Source: Paraspadella gotoi (taxonomy: Eukaryota > Animalia > Chaetognatha). From it: a stretch of 64,000 bases of DNA. This document shows, piece after piece, positions 43,643-56,050 of the stretch (the stretch's first letter is position 1; every line of letters begins with the position of its first letter). The position numbers and the translations under genes were made by a program. Location of the stretch: contig CM119265.1 in the NCBI GenBank assembly GCA_051294375.1, positions 27,734,511 to 27,798,510 of the forward strand. Reading direction: 5' to 3'. Below the pieces are notes generated by a model. It saw only the letters and a program-made list of their open reading frames with translations. It was not told the origin of the DNA and made no database searches.

Positions 43643-43804
43643 CCGACCCGACGTACTTTCGGTAAGCCACGCCCACCGGTACGCCTCCTAGCGTCTGATT
43701 GGTCGATGGGTGCAGAGGGCGCGGCCGCAGCAGCAGCGTCCCGCCGGACGGGATGGAGCCGAGTCCCGTGGCGTAGCTTGGCGTCAACGTGGCGCAAGGA
43801 TCGT
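43643..43804 (-). CDS. Candidate exon fragment between two gaps
   Basis: GC-rich island; minus frame DPCATLTPSYATGLGSIPSGGTLLLRPRPLHPSTNQTLGGVPVGVAYRKYVGS is open and protein-like; splice sites hidden by gaps and other frames are also open. Confidence 0.35.
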
Positions 43805-45744
43805 NNNNNNNNNNNNNNNNNNNNNNNNNNNNNNNNNNNNNNNNNNNNNNNNNNNNNNNNNNNNNNNNNNNNNNNNNNNNNNNNNNNNNNNNNNNNNNNN
43901 NNNNNNNNNNNNNNNNNNNNNNNNNNNNNNNNNNNNNNNNNNNNNNNNNNNNNNNNNNNNNNNNNNNNNNNNNNNNNNNNNNNNNNNNNNNNNNNNNNNN
44001 NNNNNNNNNNNNNNNNNNNNNNNNNNNNNNNAGAGAGAGAATGTCAAATAAAATTAAAATTGTCACAAGAGAGAGAGATTAGGAAAAGGAAGAGAAGGAA
44101 CATAATGAAAAAGAGACTCATTAACTTCATCTTTCCTGCCACATTTTTTTCTTTCTTTTTTTCTTCTTTCTTATTTCTTTCTTTTTCTCTTCTATTTTAG
44201 TTTCTACAATTCCTTTGCTTGTTCTTTTCAGTCTAAGTAAATTCTTTCTTTAGTGGCGGNNNNNNNNNNNNNNNNNNNNNNNNNNNNNNNNNNNNNNNNN
44301 NNNNNNNNNNNNNNNNNNNNNNNNNNNNNNNNNNNNNNNNNNNNNNNNNNNNNNNNNNNNNNNNNNNNNNNNNNNNNNNNNNNNNNNNNNNNNNNNNNNN
44401 NNNNNNNNNNNNNNNNNNNNNNNNNNNNNNNNNNNNNNNNNNNNNNNNNNNNNNNNNNNNNNNNNNNNNNNNNNNNNNNNNNNNNNNNNNNNNNNNNNNN
44501 NNNNNNNNNNNNNNNNNNNNNNNNNNNNNNNNNNNNNNNNNNNNNNNNNNNNNNNNNNNNNNNNNNNNNNNNNNNNNNNNNNNNNNNNNNNNNNNNNNNN
44601 NNNNNNNNNNNNNNNNNNNNNNNNNNNNNNNNNNNNNNNNNNNNNNNNNNNNNNNNNNNNNNNNNNNNNNNNNNNNNNNNNNNNNNNNNNNNNNNNNNNN
44701 ATAACCCCGTATGGAGGTATTATTAAAGAAAACAGAAATGTTAAGAAATGTAAAAAAATTGAGAGGGACCGTGGGATGAGTCGTACGGACAGAGGGACAA
44801 AATTGTGTGGATGGTTTGCCAGCTTCATGGTGAAAAAAAAGGAAAAGAAGCGATAAAATAAGGAAAAACAAAGGAACAAAAAAAAGGGAAAAAAAACTGA
44901 AATAAACAGAAAACGGAGATTCCTTGCTGGCGGTTTTTCTTCGCTAGATGGCGGGGATAGGGAGATGAGATGATGAAGACGNNNNNNNNNNNNNNNNNNN
45001 NNNNNNNNNNNNNNNNNNNNNNNNNNNNNNNNNNNNNNNNNNNNNNNNNNNNNNNNNNNNNNNNNNNNNNNNNNNNNNNNNNNNNNNNNNNNNNNNNNNN
45101 NNNNNNNNNNNNNNNNNNNNNNNNNNNNNNNNNNNNNNNNNNNNNNNNNNNNNNNNNNNNNNNNNNNNNNNNNNNNNNNNNNNNNNNNCGAAACTAAAAA
45201 AAGAAGAAAGTAAAAAGGAAAGAAAATATGAAAAGAAAAAAAAGGAAAGGATGAAGAAAAATTAAGGAATATGGGAGATAAAGAATAAGTAAGGAGAGTA
45301 GAAGGATAAAAATAGAAAGATTGGATGAGGAAATATTATAAGAAAAATAAAAAGTCGGTAACAAAATTCGGGAGAAACATACATATAAATAAATACACGA
45401 CGACAAAGACGACGAATATGACGACGACGACAACAACATTAATTTCTTTGTCGTTTTTCTNNNNNNNNNNNNNNNNNNNNNNNNNNNNNNNNNNNNNNNN
45501 NNNNNNNNNNNNNNNNNNNNNNNNNNNNNNNNNNNNNNNNNNNNNNNNNNNNNNNNNNAAAAGCCGTCCAATAATGTAGGCGAAACCGGCATTTGCGCTC
45601 AAAATACGACAACAACAACAACAACAACAGAAACAACAACAAAAACAACAACAACAACGAAACTCGGTCCATAATGATTCCATCTGTAAATGTTTCTCTC
45701 GTCATCTTTATTGACTTCAACGAAACAAGAGGCGATGAAAGGGA

Positions 45745-46072
45745 AGACGACGACGACGAAAACGACGACTATAACGACGACGAACATGATGATGATAACG
45801 ATGATGACGATAATGACGACGACAAAAACTATAAAATGATTTATGACGACGATGACGATAACTATGACGACAACGAAGACAATGACAACAAAAGTGACAA
45901 TGATGATGATGACGGTAATGACGATGACGATGACACAGACGACCAACACGACGAAGAAAACGACGACCATGATGACGACGACGACAATGACAACCACAAA
46001 GGCGACCGAAGCGACGATGATGACGAAGACGACGACAAAGACGTCAACGATGATAAAGACGTCGATAATAAA
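45745..46072. repeat. Degenerate (GAC/GAT/AAC)n triplet tract
   Basis: Similar tracts at ~7515-7720, 13435-13553, 51015-51125 and 51330-51410 on either strand. Confidence 0.85.
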
Positions 46073-46647
46073 GACCGAGGACGAAAACGCCTCTCGATAA
46101 GACCNNNNNNNNNNNNNNNNNNNNNNNNNNNNNNNNNNNNNNNNNNNNNNNNNNNNNNNNNNNNNNNNNNNNNNNNNNNNNNNNNNNNNNNNNNNNNNNN
46201 NNNNNNNNNNNNNNNNNNNNNNNNNNNNNNNNNNNNNNNNNNNNNNNNNNNNNNNNNNNNNNNNNNNNNNNNNNNNNNNNNNNNNNNNNNNNNNNNNNNN
46301 NNNNNNNNNNNGAATGTCATTCCGTCCCGTTATGCTGATCAACGATCCAAGGACGCGTTTATGATAATGATAAAGATAATGATAATGATAATAAAAATCC
46401 AAGTCTTTTGCTGTAGCTTTTAAAGAGTCCGCTAATGGGAAAGCCTACGATATTTTGGGGCAGATGCCTCAGCGGCGAAGCAATAGAGCACATCTTTGAT
46501 GATGGTGATGATGATGATGATGATGATGATGATAAAGACGATGATGATGACGATAAAGACAAAAGTAGCTTGTCTCTAATTCTTATGTATCATGATTTAA
46601 ATTCTCGTTTATAACATAATACATTCCTCTAAAATCAATTGAAATTT

Positions 46648-47103
46648 CCCAATTATCTTCACCCAAATCTCTTCACCGAAATCTCTTCAACAAAATCTTT
46701 TCACCCAAATATATTAATCCAAATCTTTTCACCCAAATCTTTTCACCCAAATCTCTTCACCCAAATCTCTTTACCCAAATCTTTTCAACCAATTATCTTC
46801 ACCGAAATCTCTTCACCCAAATCTTTTCAACCAATTATCTTCAGCCAAATCTCTTAATCAAAATCTCTTCAGCCAAACCTCTTCCCCCAAATCTCTTCAC
46901 CCAAATCACTTCACGAAAATATTTTCACCAAAATCTTTTCACCCAAATATCCTCAACTCAATCTCTTCCCCGAAATCTCTTCACCCAAATCTCTTTCCCC
47001 AAATCTCTTCACCCAAATCTCTTCACCCAAATACTTCCCCCAAATCTCTTCACCCAAATCTCTTCACCCAAATCTCTTCACCCAAATCACTTCCCACTCC
47101 AAA
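46648..47103. repeat. 15-bp minisatellite (CACCCAAATCTCTTC-type)
   Basis: Long tandem array of degenerate units. Confidence 0.95.
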
Positions 47104-48409
47104 TCGTGGGCGTCTCCTTTGATTATTGGTTTTCTTTCCTTCTTCTTCGTTGAGGCCAAACGGCGATTAATATGGTAACGATGACGACGACGACGACGAC
47201 GACGACGACNNNNNNNNNNNNNNNNNNNNNNNNNNNNNNNNNNNNNNNNNNNNNNNNNNNNNNNNNNNNNNNNNNNNNNNNNNNNNNNNNNNNNNNNNNN
47301 NNNNNNNNNNNNNNNNNNNNNNNNNNNNNNNNNNNNNNNNNNNNNNNNNNNNNNNNNNNNNNNNNNNNNNNNNNNNNNNNNNNNNNNNNNNNNNNNNNNN
47401 NNNNNNNNNNNNNNNNNNNNNNNNNNNNNNNNNNNNNNNNNNNNNNNNNNNNNNNNNNNNNNNNNNNNNNNNNNNNNNNNNNNNNNNNNNNNNNNNNNNN
47501 NNNNNNNNNNNNNNNCGACGACGACGACGACGACGACGACGACAACGATGTCTTTGTGATGGTCGCGATTTACTGATCTGCATCCTACAAAAATATCTCA
47601 TTCNNNNNNNNNNNNNNNNNNNNNNNNNNNNNNNNNNNNNNNNNNNNNNNNNNNNNNNNNNNNNNNNNNNNNNNNNNNNNNNNNNNNNNNNNNNNNNNNN
47701 NNNNNNNNNNNNNNNNNNNNNNNNNNNNNNNNNNNNNNNNNNNNNNNNNNNNNNNNNNNNNNNNNNNNNNNNNNNNNNNNNNNNNNNNNNNNNNNNNNNN
47801 NNNNNNNNNNNNNNNNNNNNNNNNNNNNNNNNNNNNNNNNNNNNNNNNNNNNNNNNNNNNNNNNNNNNNNNNNAAAAGTGAGGGGGAAAGGAAAAATAAG
47901 AAAAAGGGAGGAAGAAATTAAATAAAAAAGAAAAGGAGGAAACGTAAGAAAAGAAAAGAAGAAAAAAGGAGAAAAAAAGGAAACGTAAGAAAAGAAAAGA
48001 AAAAAAAAGGGAAATAAAGGAGAGGAGGACTGATGCTCGGAGGAATATAAAGGAGGAAAGAAAAGAAAGGAAAAGGAAAAAGAGGAAGATTTAAGAAAAT
48101 AAAAAAAGAAAGGAAAGGGAGGAAAGGAAAGGAAATAAAGGAAGATTGATACGAGAGGAGGAGAAACGAAATCGCGACGAATTCATTTTCTCTCGCGGAT
48201 TCGAGTTAGAGACAAATCGACGCTAAATGTGGCGCAGTATTGGCGCAGGAGTGCTTCAGTCTTGGCGCAAGAGTGACGCAGTCGAGTGGCGCAATGGAAT
48301 GTCGCAGTAAGGGACGAGGTGAAACTACGCAGTCGGGTTAGAATAAAATTTGATTGTGAAGAAGAAAATTCGTAATTGCAAACTCGGCATCAATTCAGAA
48401 GCTGTCATC

Positions 48410-48908
48410 ATGAAATGGTTACAACCAGAATATAAATTATCCATTCTTTCCATAAATAAAACCGGCAAGTTTTAAATTAAGAATCTCTCACAGTCTAGCG
48501 TGAATTCATTCTCTAGGTGCCTGGCTTACCCATCAATGAAGTGGTATAATGTTTTAAAGAATGATTCAATTGTATGAAAGTACTACTCCCTTAAGTATTA
48601 GATCGGTGAATACTTATTGTACTCCGCTCTAGCATCAAAAGATTCAAAATACAAGAAGCTGAATTTTATTAAATTGGTACAACCAGTATAAAAATTATCC
48701 ATTCATTCAATAAATAATCTATCTTGCCCCTAACTTTGAACAGGTTTGGTGGTTTAAGGCCTCCATCACTCTTACAAGATAATGACAAAGCAGGTCCCCG
48801 CAAGCTTTCAATCAAGACTCTTTCACGTTTATTCACTACCAGAGTACCTGGCTTCCCTATCATGGAAGTGGTATAATGTTTCAAAGAATGTTACAATTGT
48901 ATGAAAAG
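48410..48908 (+). repeat. Dispersed repeat with internal tandem duplication, possibly decayed non-LTR retrotransposon fragment
   Basis: 48417-48462 resembles 48676-48720 and 48503-48580 resembles 48830-48908; 48670-48770 matches in reverse the segment at 25021-25130; translation LPLTLNRFGGLRPPSLL is loosely like the post-RT LPxxxGGLGL motif. Confidence 0.45.
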
Positions 48909-51811
48909 TTCTTTGATTGATTGATTGATTCCAAGATTAAATGGGATGGACTTTCGAAATAGTTGGTTTTTGAAAAAGAGATTTGGAAGAATACAACAGA
49001 AAAGTGAGTTAAATTACGAAATAATGTAATGAACTTTGTAAAAAAAAAAAACCTAAAAATCACGTCTTTTCTTTTCTGACGTCGAAATTCGAAGCGAAAA
49101 AAGAAAAGAAAGGCTGAGATGGTCGCCGCTTGAAGGCTGAAGAATCCAAAACAAGTCAAAACAAACAANNNNNNNNNNNNNNNNNNNNNNNNNNNNNNNN
49201 NNNNNNNNNNNNNNNNNNNNNNNNNNNNNNNNNNNNNNNNNNNNNNNNNNNNNNNNNNNNNNNNNNNNNNNNNNNNNNNNNNNNNNNNNNNNNNNNNNNN
49301 NNNNNNNNNNNNNNNNNNNNNNNNNNNNNNNNNNNNNNNNNNNNNNNNNNNNNNNNNNNNNNNNNNNNNNNNNNNNNNNNNNNNNNNNNNNNNNNNNNNN
49401 NNNNNNNNNNACGACGACGACGACGACGACGACGACGAAAATGACGACGATGGCGAAGACGACGACGGCGTGGAACATTTATCATTAATTTTTTTTCTTT
49501 TACGACAAAATTGCTAATTTTAAACTCCTTTCCCATTTAGAAGTTTTGAAAAAAGTTATATTCATCACATTATATAAACTCAAACAATTATACTTTCTCC
49601 ATTTTATCAAACGACACTGGATCTCCAAATTAATTTCCTATCTCTCACTTTTCATTCACATTTCATTAATTGACTCGTTCTTTGTGATATTCTTTGTGAT
49701 ATTCTGTGATATTCTTTGTGATATTCATTGTGATATTCAACTTCATTCTCTCTCTAGTTATTTTTCGCTCGCCAATAAAATTTCTGCGAAAATTCAAAAG
49801 AAGTTTTGAATTTTGTTCAACTTTAAAATCGAACGAAAGACAAAAAAATAACAAGAGGATGGCGAGAAATACCATTAATTCTCTCTCTCTCTCTCTCTCT
49901 CNNNNNNNNNNNNNNNNNNNNNNNNNNNNNNNNNNNNNNNNNNNNNNNNNNNNNNNNNNNNNNNNNNNNNNNNNNNNNNNNNNNNNNNNNNNNNNNNNNN
50001 NNNNNNNNNNNNNNNNNNNNNNNNNNNNNNNNNNNNNNNNNNNNNNNNNNNNNNNNNNNNNNNNNNNNNNNNNNNNNNNNNNNNNNNNNNNNNNNNNNNN
50101 NNNNNNNNNNNNNNNNNNNNNNNNNNNNNNNNNNNNNNNNNNNNNNNNNNNNNNNNNNNNNNNNNNNNNNNNNNNNNNNNNNNNNNNNNNNNNNNNNNNN
50201 NNNNNNNNNNNNNNNNNNNNNNNNNNNNNNNNNNNNNNNNNNNNNNNNNNNNNNNNNNNNNNNNNNNNNNNNNNNNNNNNNNNNNNNNNNNNNNNNNNNN
50301 NNNNNNNNNNNNNNNNNNNNNNNNNNNNNNNNNNNNNNNNNNNNNNNNNNNNNNNNNNNNNNNNNNNNNNNNNNNNNNNNNNNNNNNNNNNNNNNNNNNN
50401 NNNNNNNNNNNNNNNNNNNNNNNNNNNNNNNNNNNNNNNNNNNNNNNNNNNNNNNNNNNNNNNNNNNNNNNNNNNNNNNNNNNNNNNNNNNNNNNNNNNN
50501 NNNNNNNNNNNNNNNNNNNNNNNNNNNNNNNNNNNNNNNNNNNNNNNNNNNNNNNNNNNNNNNNNNNNNNNNNNNNNNNTTTTTTTTTGTTTTTTTTTTC
50601 GCCTCGAAAATTATATCCACCAAAAAAATATACGTTTTAATAAGAAAAAGTTAATAAATATCTTGTTAAATAAGAAAACTATGTTTTTGAACATGAGATA
50701 GTTAGTTTTTACTTCGTCATTTTATCTTGACTCAATTTTCTACATGATGCAAGTGACTTTGGTTTTGAAAACCAAATCAGATATACATTGATAAAATTAA
50801 TGATATAAATAACAATTTTTTACATCTTCTTTTGTTTATTAAATCTGAATGAATCATAATGTCCTTTTCTCTGGTTAAAACTGGACCTTTCCTTATTCTT
50901 TCTTTCTTTCTTTTTTTAATTTATTTCTTTTCCCTTTTTTTCCCTTTTTTTTTCTGATTCGGAACCAAAAAGACGAAAGGGAAGAAACCGAGCGGAAGAT
51001 TTTCGCTTCATCGTCGAAGATGAAGACGACGACGACGACGACGACGACGACGATGATGAAGACGACGACGACGACGAAGAAGACAAAGGCGATGAAGACG
51101 ACGACAAACAAAACGACAATAGGATGACAACAAAGATCAACAAAGAATGATGACAGAGAAGATAAAAACCAATTTGATGTTGATGACAAAGATGAAGATA
51201 AAAATGATAATGAATAAAGACAACTTAAGGGAAAAGAAATACAACAAAAGCGACGATAATAATGAAGAAAATTAAAAAGAAAAAAAAAGAAAAGAAAAGA
51301 AAAGAAAAGAAAGGAAAAGAAAAGAAAAAAACGACGACGACGACGACGACAATGACGACGACGACAACGACGACGACAAACGACAACCAAGACGACGACA
51401 ACGACGATATATTCTCAGGTCGCCAATTTTCTCGATTGCACGTGTGTCGTCCTCAGCAACGACGCCGCCGCCGCCGCCGCCGCAGCCCGCCGCTACTCCG
51501 TTTCCAGAGTCTCATTTTGCGCCGTCGATTCGAAATGAAGTTTTTGTCGTCGTCGTCGTCGTCGTTGTCTTGAATTAAATCGTTTGAAGTTAAAATCGTT
51601 TGTTCAGGTTTGAAATCTTCATCATGATTATTTTTATTGTTTTTTTTTTGTTTTTTTTCAGATGTTGTTTAACAAACAATTAGATTTTGGTTTTATTCAG
51701 TAAGGATAAAAAACTAATTGCTATGGTTTTGTTATCAATGTTTAAAGTAGTTGTAGACATGGTTCATAACGTAAGTATCAAAATCATTCATCAAACATCA
51801 TCATAATCCCA

Positions 51812-51887
51812 GTCATCATCATCATCATCATCGTCATCACGATAATCATCATCATCGTGATCATGATATCATCATCATCATCATCAT

Positions 51888-51953
<66 letters not shown>
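51812..51953. repeat. (CAT)n microsatellite
   Basis: Direct inspection. Confidence 0.95.
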
Positions 51954-51954
<1 letters not shown>

Positions 51955-52279
51955 TCTCAGCAGATATCTTTTGTTTCTTTGATGATATAAAACTTGGTTT
52001 TTTCGCCGCTATCGTTAAAAAGGCGCAAGGGAGGCGCAGAGGCTGGGATGGCACGGCCGAGATGGCGTCAACGTCGAGCTCTTTATAATCCTTTCACGTT
52101 GATAATTCACTTCACGTGAAATGTGAATCGTTAATTTTTTTTATTCGCCTGAGGATTCACTCTTATAGCTCAATGTATCGCGTGTATGGAACGAATAGTT
52201 AATACAATAGATAGAATATCGTATCTAATACTTACTTTATAAAATTAAACAGATAAAATAAATTATATATATATTTTGA

Positions 52280-52613
52280 AAGGGAGGTCAGGTACACTTG
52301 GGATTAATAAACTAGACTGTGAAAGTATTTTTCAGAAAGAACCGATAGGTTTGGCCAGCATGCACCGTTTCCTCATCATTTCTCCTCATCCTCCTCCCCC
52401 TCCTCCCGGAGATCCAGGCTCGAGTCCAGGGTTTAGGTTTTTCATTCACACTCTTTTCTCTCTTTCTCTCTCACCGTCCCTCTCCCGTTCAGTCTCTGTT
52501 ACCATTTTTTTTACCGCCGATTTAGCCGCTTACAATATATATTCCTTTCCCACCATTTTCCCCCGTCTTTACTTACCTAGATTTCAGTCAGACTTACCCG
52601 ACCTTAGTTAGAG
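52280..52613 (+). mobile_element. Possible LTR-like segment upstream of tRNA-Lys PBS
   Basis: GC-richer segment directly abutting TGGCGCCCAATGTGGGGC, preceded by purine run GAAAGGGAGG near 52278-52287; no canonical TG...CA ends seen, left boundary uncertain. Confidence 0.35.
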
Positions 52614-52680
52614 TGGCGCCCAATGTGGGGCTCGAACCCACGACCACAGGATTAAGAGTCCTGTGCTCTACCGACAGAGC
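52614..52680 (-). pseudogene. 5'-truncated tRNA-Lys(CTT) copy with encoded CCA (positions 10-76); on + strand reads as an extended primer-binding site
   Basis: Minus strand GCTCTGTCGGTAGAGCACAGGACTCTTAATCCTGTGGTCGTGGGTTCGAGCCCCACATTGGGCGCCA: D stem GCTC/GAGC, anticodon stem CAGGA/TCCTG with CTT anticodon, T stem GTGGG/CCCAC, 3' acceptor strand plus CCA; 5' acceptor strand absent and A14 replaced by T. Confidence 0.9.
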
Positions 52681-53072
52681 GGTTTTGATATTATATTATC
52701 ATTTAAGAGCGATGGAGGTCTTAAATCACCATTAGAGTCAAGATAACTTGATTACCGTATCTTGTTATTCGTTTTATATTTTTTTTTTCAAATTTAATAT
52801 CAATGCGGTATAATTATTCTATATTTTAAAATGATAAGATGTTTAGATAAACGGCTTTCTTTAAAAGATGACCACAATTTTTCGATATCGAGAAAAAGTT
52901 TAATTTTTCGTCTGGATTTTTATTGAAATTGATTTAACAATTTTCACAATCTTTCGCTTGAACCTTCACCAAGTTCCAAATCATCACATCGCCTCTTCCT
53001 TCACACTTTATCTCTTCAGGATGTTTCCTTCTTCATTCGGTCGGGAAAATGAGGAGCGGAAGGTAAAAGAAA

Positions 53073-53557
53073 GGGCTCTATTTTCCGAGAGTACCCCATT
53101 TCTGTTCAATAATTCCAAAATTTAATTTTAATTTTAATATCCAACTTAAACAGGTTCTTGAACTCATAAAGCAAATCTTAACTTTAATCCTTAACTTTAA
53201 ACCCTTATCCTAACCTAGTCCTTAACCTAATCGTTAACCTAATCTATTACCCTATTTCTAACCTAATTTCTAACCTAATCCCTAACCTAATCCATAACCT
53301 AATCCATAACTTAATCTCTTACTTAATTCCTAACCGAATCCCTAACCTAATTCTTAACCTAATCCCTAACCTAATCCCTAACCTAATCTTTTACCTAATT
53401 CCTAACCTAATTTTTAACCTAATTTTTAACCTAATCCTAACCTAATCCTTAACCTAATCCTTAACCTAATCCTTAACCTAATCTAACTTAATCTTTAAAT
53501 AAAAAAAACCTAATTTCGAATTTAAGATAAAATAGGGCGTCCTGGGAAAATAAGGCC
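53073..53557. mobile_element. Same MITE family, copy 2, with expanded 12-bp (TAACCTAATCCC-type) array
   Basis: Left GGGCTCTATTTTCCGAGAGTACCC vs right GGGCGTCCTGGGAAAATAAGGCC; both subterminal regions align with 42579-42934; array ~53200-53490. Confidence 0.65.
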
Positions 53558-54682
53558 AAATAAGAAGAAAGAAGAAAAAGGAAAATAATTAAATAGAAAA
53601 GCGTAAAAGAAACGTTTATTGTGAAAACAAAAGGGCAAAGACATCCTGAAAATAGTGAAGTAGAAATAGAGAGGTTGAAAAAAAGCACAAGTGAAACTCA
53701 ATGGAAGAAAAGAAAGAAATGAATGAATAATTCCGATCGCTCTCTCTCGCTCTCTCTCTTCTCTCTCTCTCTCTCTCCTCTCTCCTCTCTCTCTCTCTCT
53801 CTCTCCGTCTCTCTCTCTCTCTCTCGTTTTCGCGCAAGACTTGATTTGGCAAGACGTTTAGGAAGGAGCTCCGACAAAACAAAGAGAAAAAGGAATTTCG
53901 TTTCTTTTTTTCTTTTTTTTTTTTGAAAGAAGAGAAAAAGAAACTTATAGATCTATATGGAATAGCCAAGAGATATGTCTTTTCTTTTTTTTTTCTTTTT
54001 TTTTCCTTCTTTCCACCTTTACCTTTATCTTCCCTTCAACTTTCTTCTCTTTTCTTTTCCCTATCTTTCCCTTTTCCTATCTCTTATTTTTCTATCTCTT
54101 CTCTTTCCTTCCCTTCTTTTCTATCGCCTGTTTTTCACATTATCATTTTTATGTATTTTTTATCACTAAACACAAAAAAGTCCGCAACTGCGCTGGCTAT
54201 AACCGGCTCCCACTGTTTCATTGTTTTCCCGCCATTTTTACTGTCGTCCGCCATTTTGTTTTGGCCCGAATTAAACGGGAGCTTTTTTTTCTTTTTACCG
54301 TCCGCTGGGAAGCCCCCTACCGTTTTTCCATCGAAACACCTGTCGAGTTTATGATAAGCACCGGTTTTTTTTGCACCTGGTAACTTGGCTAAGGAGTGAA
54401 ATGATAGTGAAATGATATTGATAATATATTCAAATATTATATTCTTTTAATCTCAAATCAAATGTAATTTGATATTTGAAAAAAAAAGGTTTTAAATTAA
54501 ATTTTATTTTTAGGTAATTTGGTGAAAAGAACTTTTGTCTGTCTTCTTAATTGTTTTTCATCTTTTAACACAACATTTATACTTATTTTTCCCTAAGTAG
54601 AAGTTTAAATTTAATTAAAGTTTCAATCTTTATATAAACCATGTCATCATGCTTATTATCATTAACTAAATATATATAATAT

Positions 54683-54870
54683 TAGGGGTAGCCGTACTCA
54701 ATGTGATGAGTCAAAAATTTGCTCAAACATGCTCAAACGAAAATTTAAACATTTTTAAGTATACTTTCAATGAGCAAAAAAGTTCTTATATGGCTCTCTA
54801 GTCTATACTCTAGTAATTGTTTTTTAATATTAATTTATAGATAGGAAAGGACAAAAATTATTTTGATAAG
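54683..54870 (+). repeat. Dispersed repeat (second copy 56371-56520)
   Basis: Both begin TAGGGGTAGCCG.ACTCAATG..TGAGTC and share CATGCTCAAACGAA, ATACTTTCAATG and TTTATAGATAGGAAAGG. Confidence 0.7.
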
Positions 54871-55339
54871 TAAAATAAGTTCGTGAAAAATAAAAAAAAA
54901 ACAGAAAAAATCATCATCATCTTCATCACCATCATCTTTCGATGATTTAATCGTTTTTTTAATATTTTACTGAGAAAACGTAAGAATTTTTAAAAGCTGT
55001 AATTATATTTCTTGTTAACTTTTGTGCTCTATCAAAATCCATCAAAAAATTTAACATTAATTTTTTTCTTTAAATATTGTAAAATAATATTTAATTAGGC
55101 TAGTACCCTCAGAAAAAAACATTTTTGACAAAAAATTATTTTATTACTATAATCTAATGCTTATGATAGATTATTTTAACGCTGTATACATTAGTATTTC
55201 AATTTCATTGGCTAGGGCTAATAATATACTAAATGATTTAATTTTATTCGATCCATTTTGTGTAAAATCGTAGTTTTCAACTTTTCGAACCCAAAACGAT
55301 TTTCAAGAAAACGTCATCTCAAGATCCTGGGGGGATTTA

Positions 55340-55411
<72 letters not shown>

Positions 55412-55428
55412 AAAGGGCGATAAATAAC

Positions 55429-55584
55429 CGGGTCCCCTGACAGAAGCAGATGCCACGATTCGCCCTTGGTCTCTCGGAAGAAAAAATATCCAATTTCGTC
55501 CACGAGGTATTTCAATTTCTGAGGCGTAAAACCTCTTTCTCTCTCTTTTCTTTCGACTGTCAAGTCATATGATTGTATTTTCAG
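55429..55584 (-). CDS. Candidate internal exon of an unidentified minus-strand gene
   Basis: ATCAG acceptor, 52 open codons LKIQSYDLTVERKERERGFTPQKLKYLVDEIGYFFFRETKGESWHLLLSGDP, weak GTTATT donor; complex sequence between simple repeats; no family recognised. Confidence 0.4.
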
Positions 55585-55864
55585 CTGATATCATTATCAA
55601 ATACAGTAATTATTAAAAACATTTACAAGAAGGATCTTGAAGTACCTTACCAAGTTTTATTCACTTTAGGAGTTCATGAGAAGATNNNNNNNNNNNNNNN
55701 NNNNNNNNNNNNNNNNNNNNNNNNNNNNNNNNNNNNNNNNNNNNNNNNNNNNNNNNNNNNNNNNNNNNNNNNNNNNNNNNNNNNNAGTACCCCAACTCCC
55801 GGAGAGCTGAGTTGAGAGTGAATCCCTTTGTCCCCGTCCTGGGATTGCTGGAGGCGAGAGAGAG

Positions 55865-56050
55865 GGGCGACGAGGGGATGAGAGGAGGGGACGACGAGGG
55901 GGAGGAGGAGGAGGGATGACGAGGGGAGGAGGAGGAGGGGATGACAGAGGGGAGGAGGAGGAGGGGATGACGAGGGGGAGGAGGAGGGGGACGACGAGGG
56001 GAGGAGGAGGAGGGGACGACGAGTGGAGGAGGGAGGGGGGACGACGAGGG
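55865..56050. repeat. G-rich minisatellite (GACGAGGGGRWGAGGAGGAGGGG-type); second array 56872-57018
   Basis: Same unit in two arrays ~1 kb apart. Confidence 0.85.

Noticed and set aside
44941-44956. CTCF-like motif TCGCTAGATGGCGG
   Set aside because: A single imperfect short match can arise by chance in 64 kb and has no supporting context.
45593-46423. 276-aa Asp/Asn-rich ORF resembling an acidic biomineralisation protein
   Set aside because: Built from a degenerate GAC/GAT/AAC tract plus an N gap; equivalent tracts occur on both strands across the window and several frames are open.
52614-52680. Functional, split or permuted tRNA-Lys gene
   Set aside because: Positions 1-9 are absent from both adjacent flanks, A14 is mutated, and encoded CCA points to reverse transcription of mature tRNA.
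53200-53490. Telomere or chromosome-fusion remnant (TTAGG-like on minus strand)
   Set aside because: It is a 12-bp unit enclosed by MITE TIRs that has a second copy at 42579; not a pure telomeric array.
55786-55860. Intein/LAGLIDADG-like motif (SALRELG)
   Set aside because: Only a few residues match, the sequence runs into a gap, and no other intein blocks are visible.
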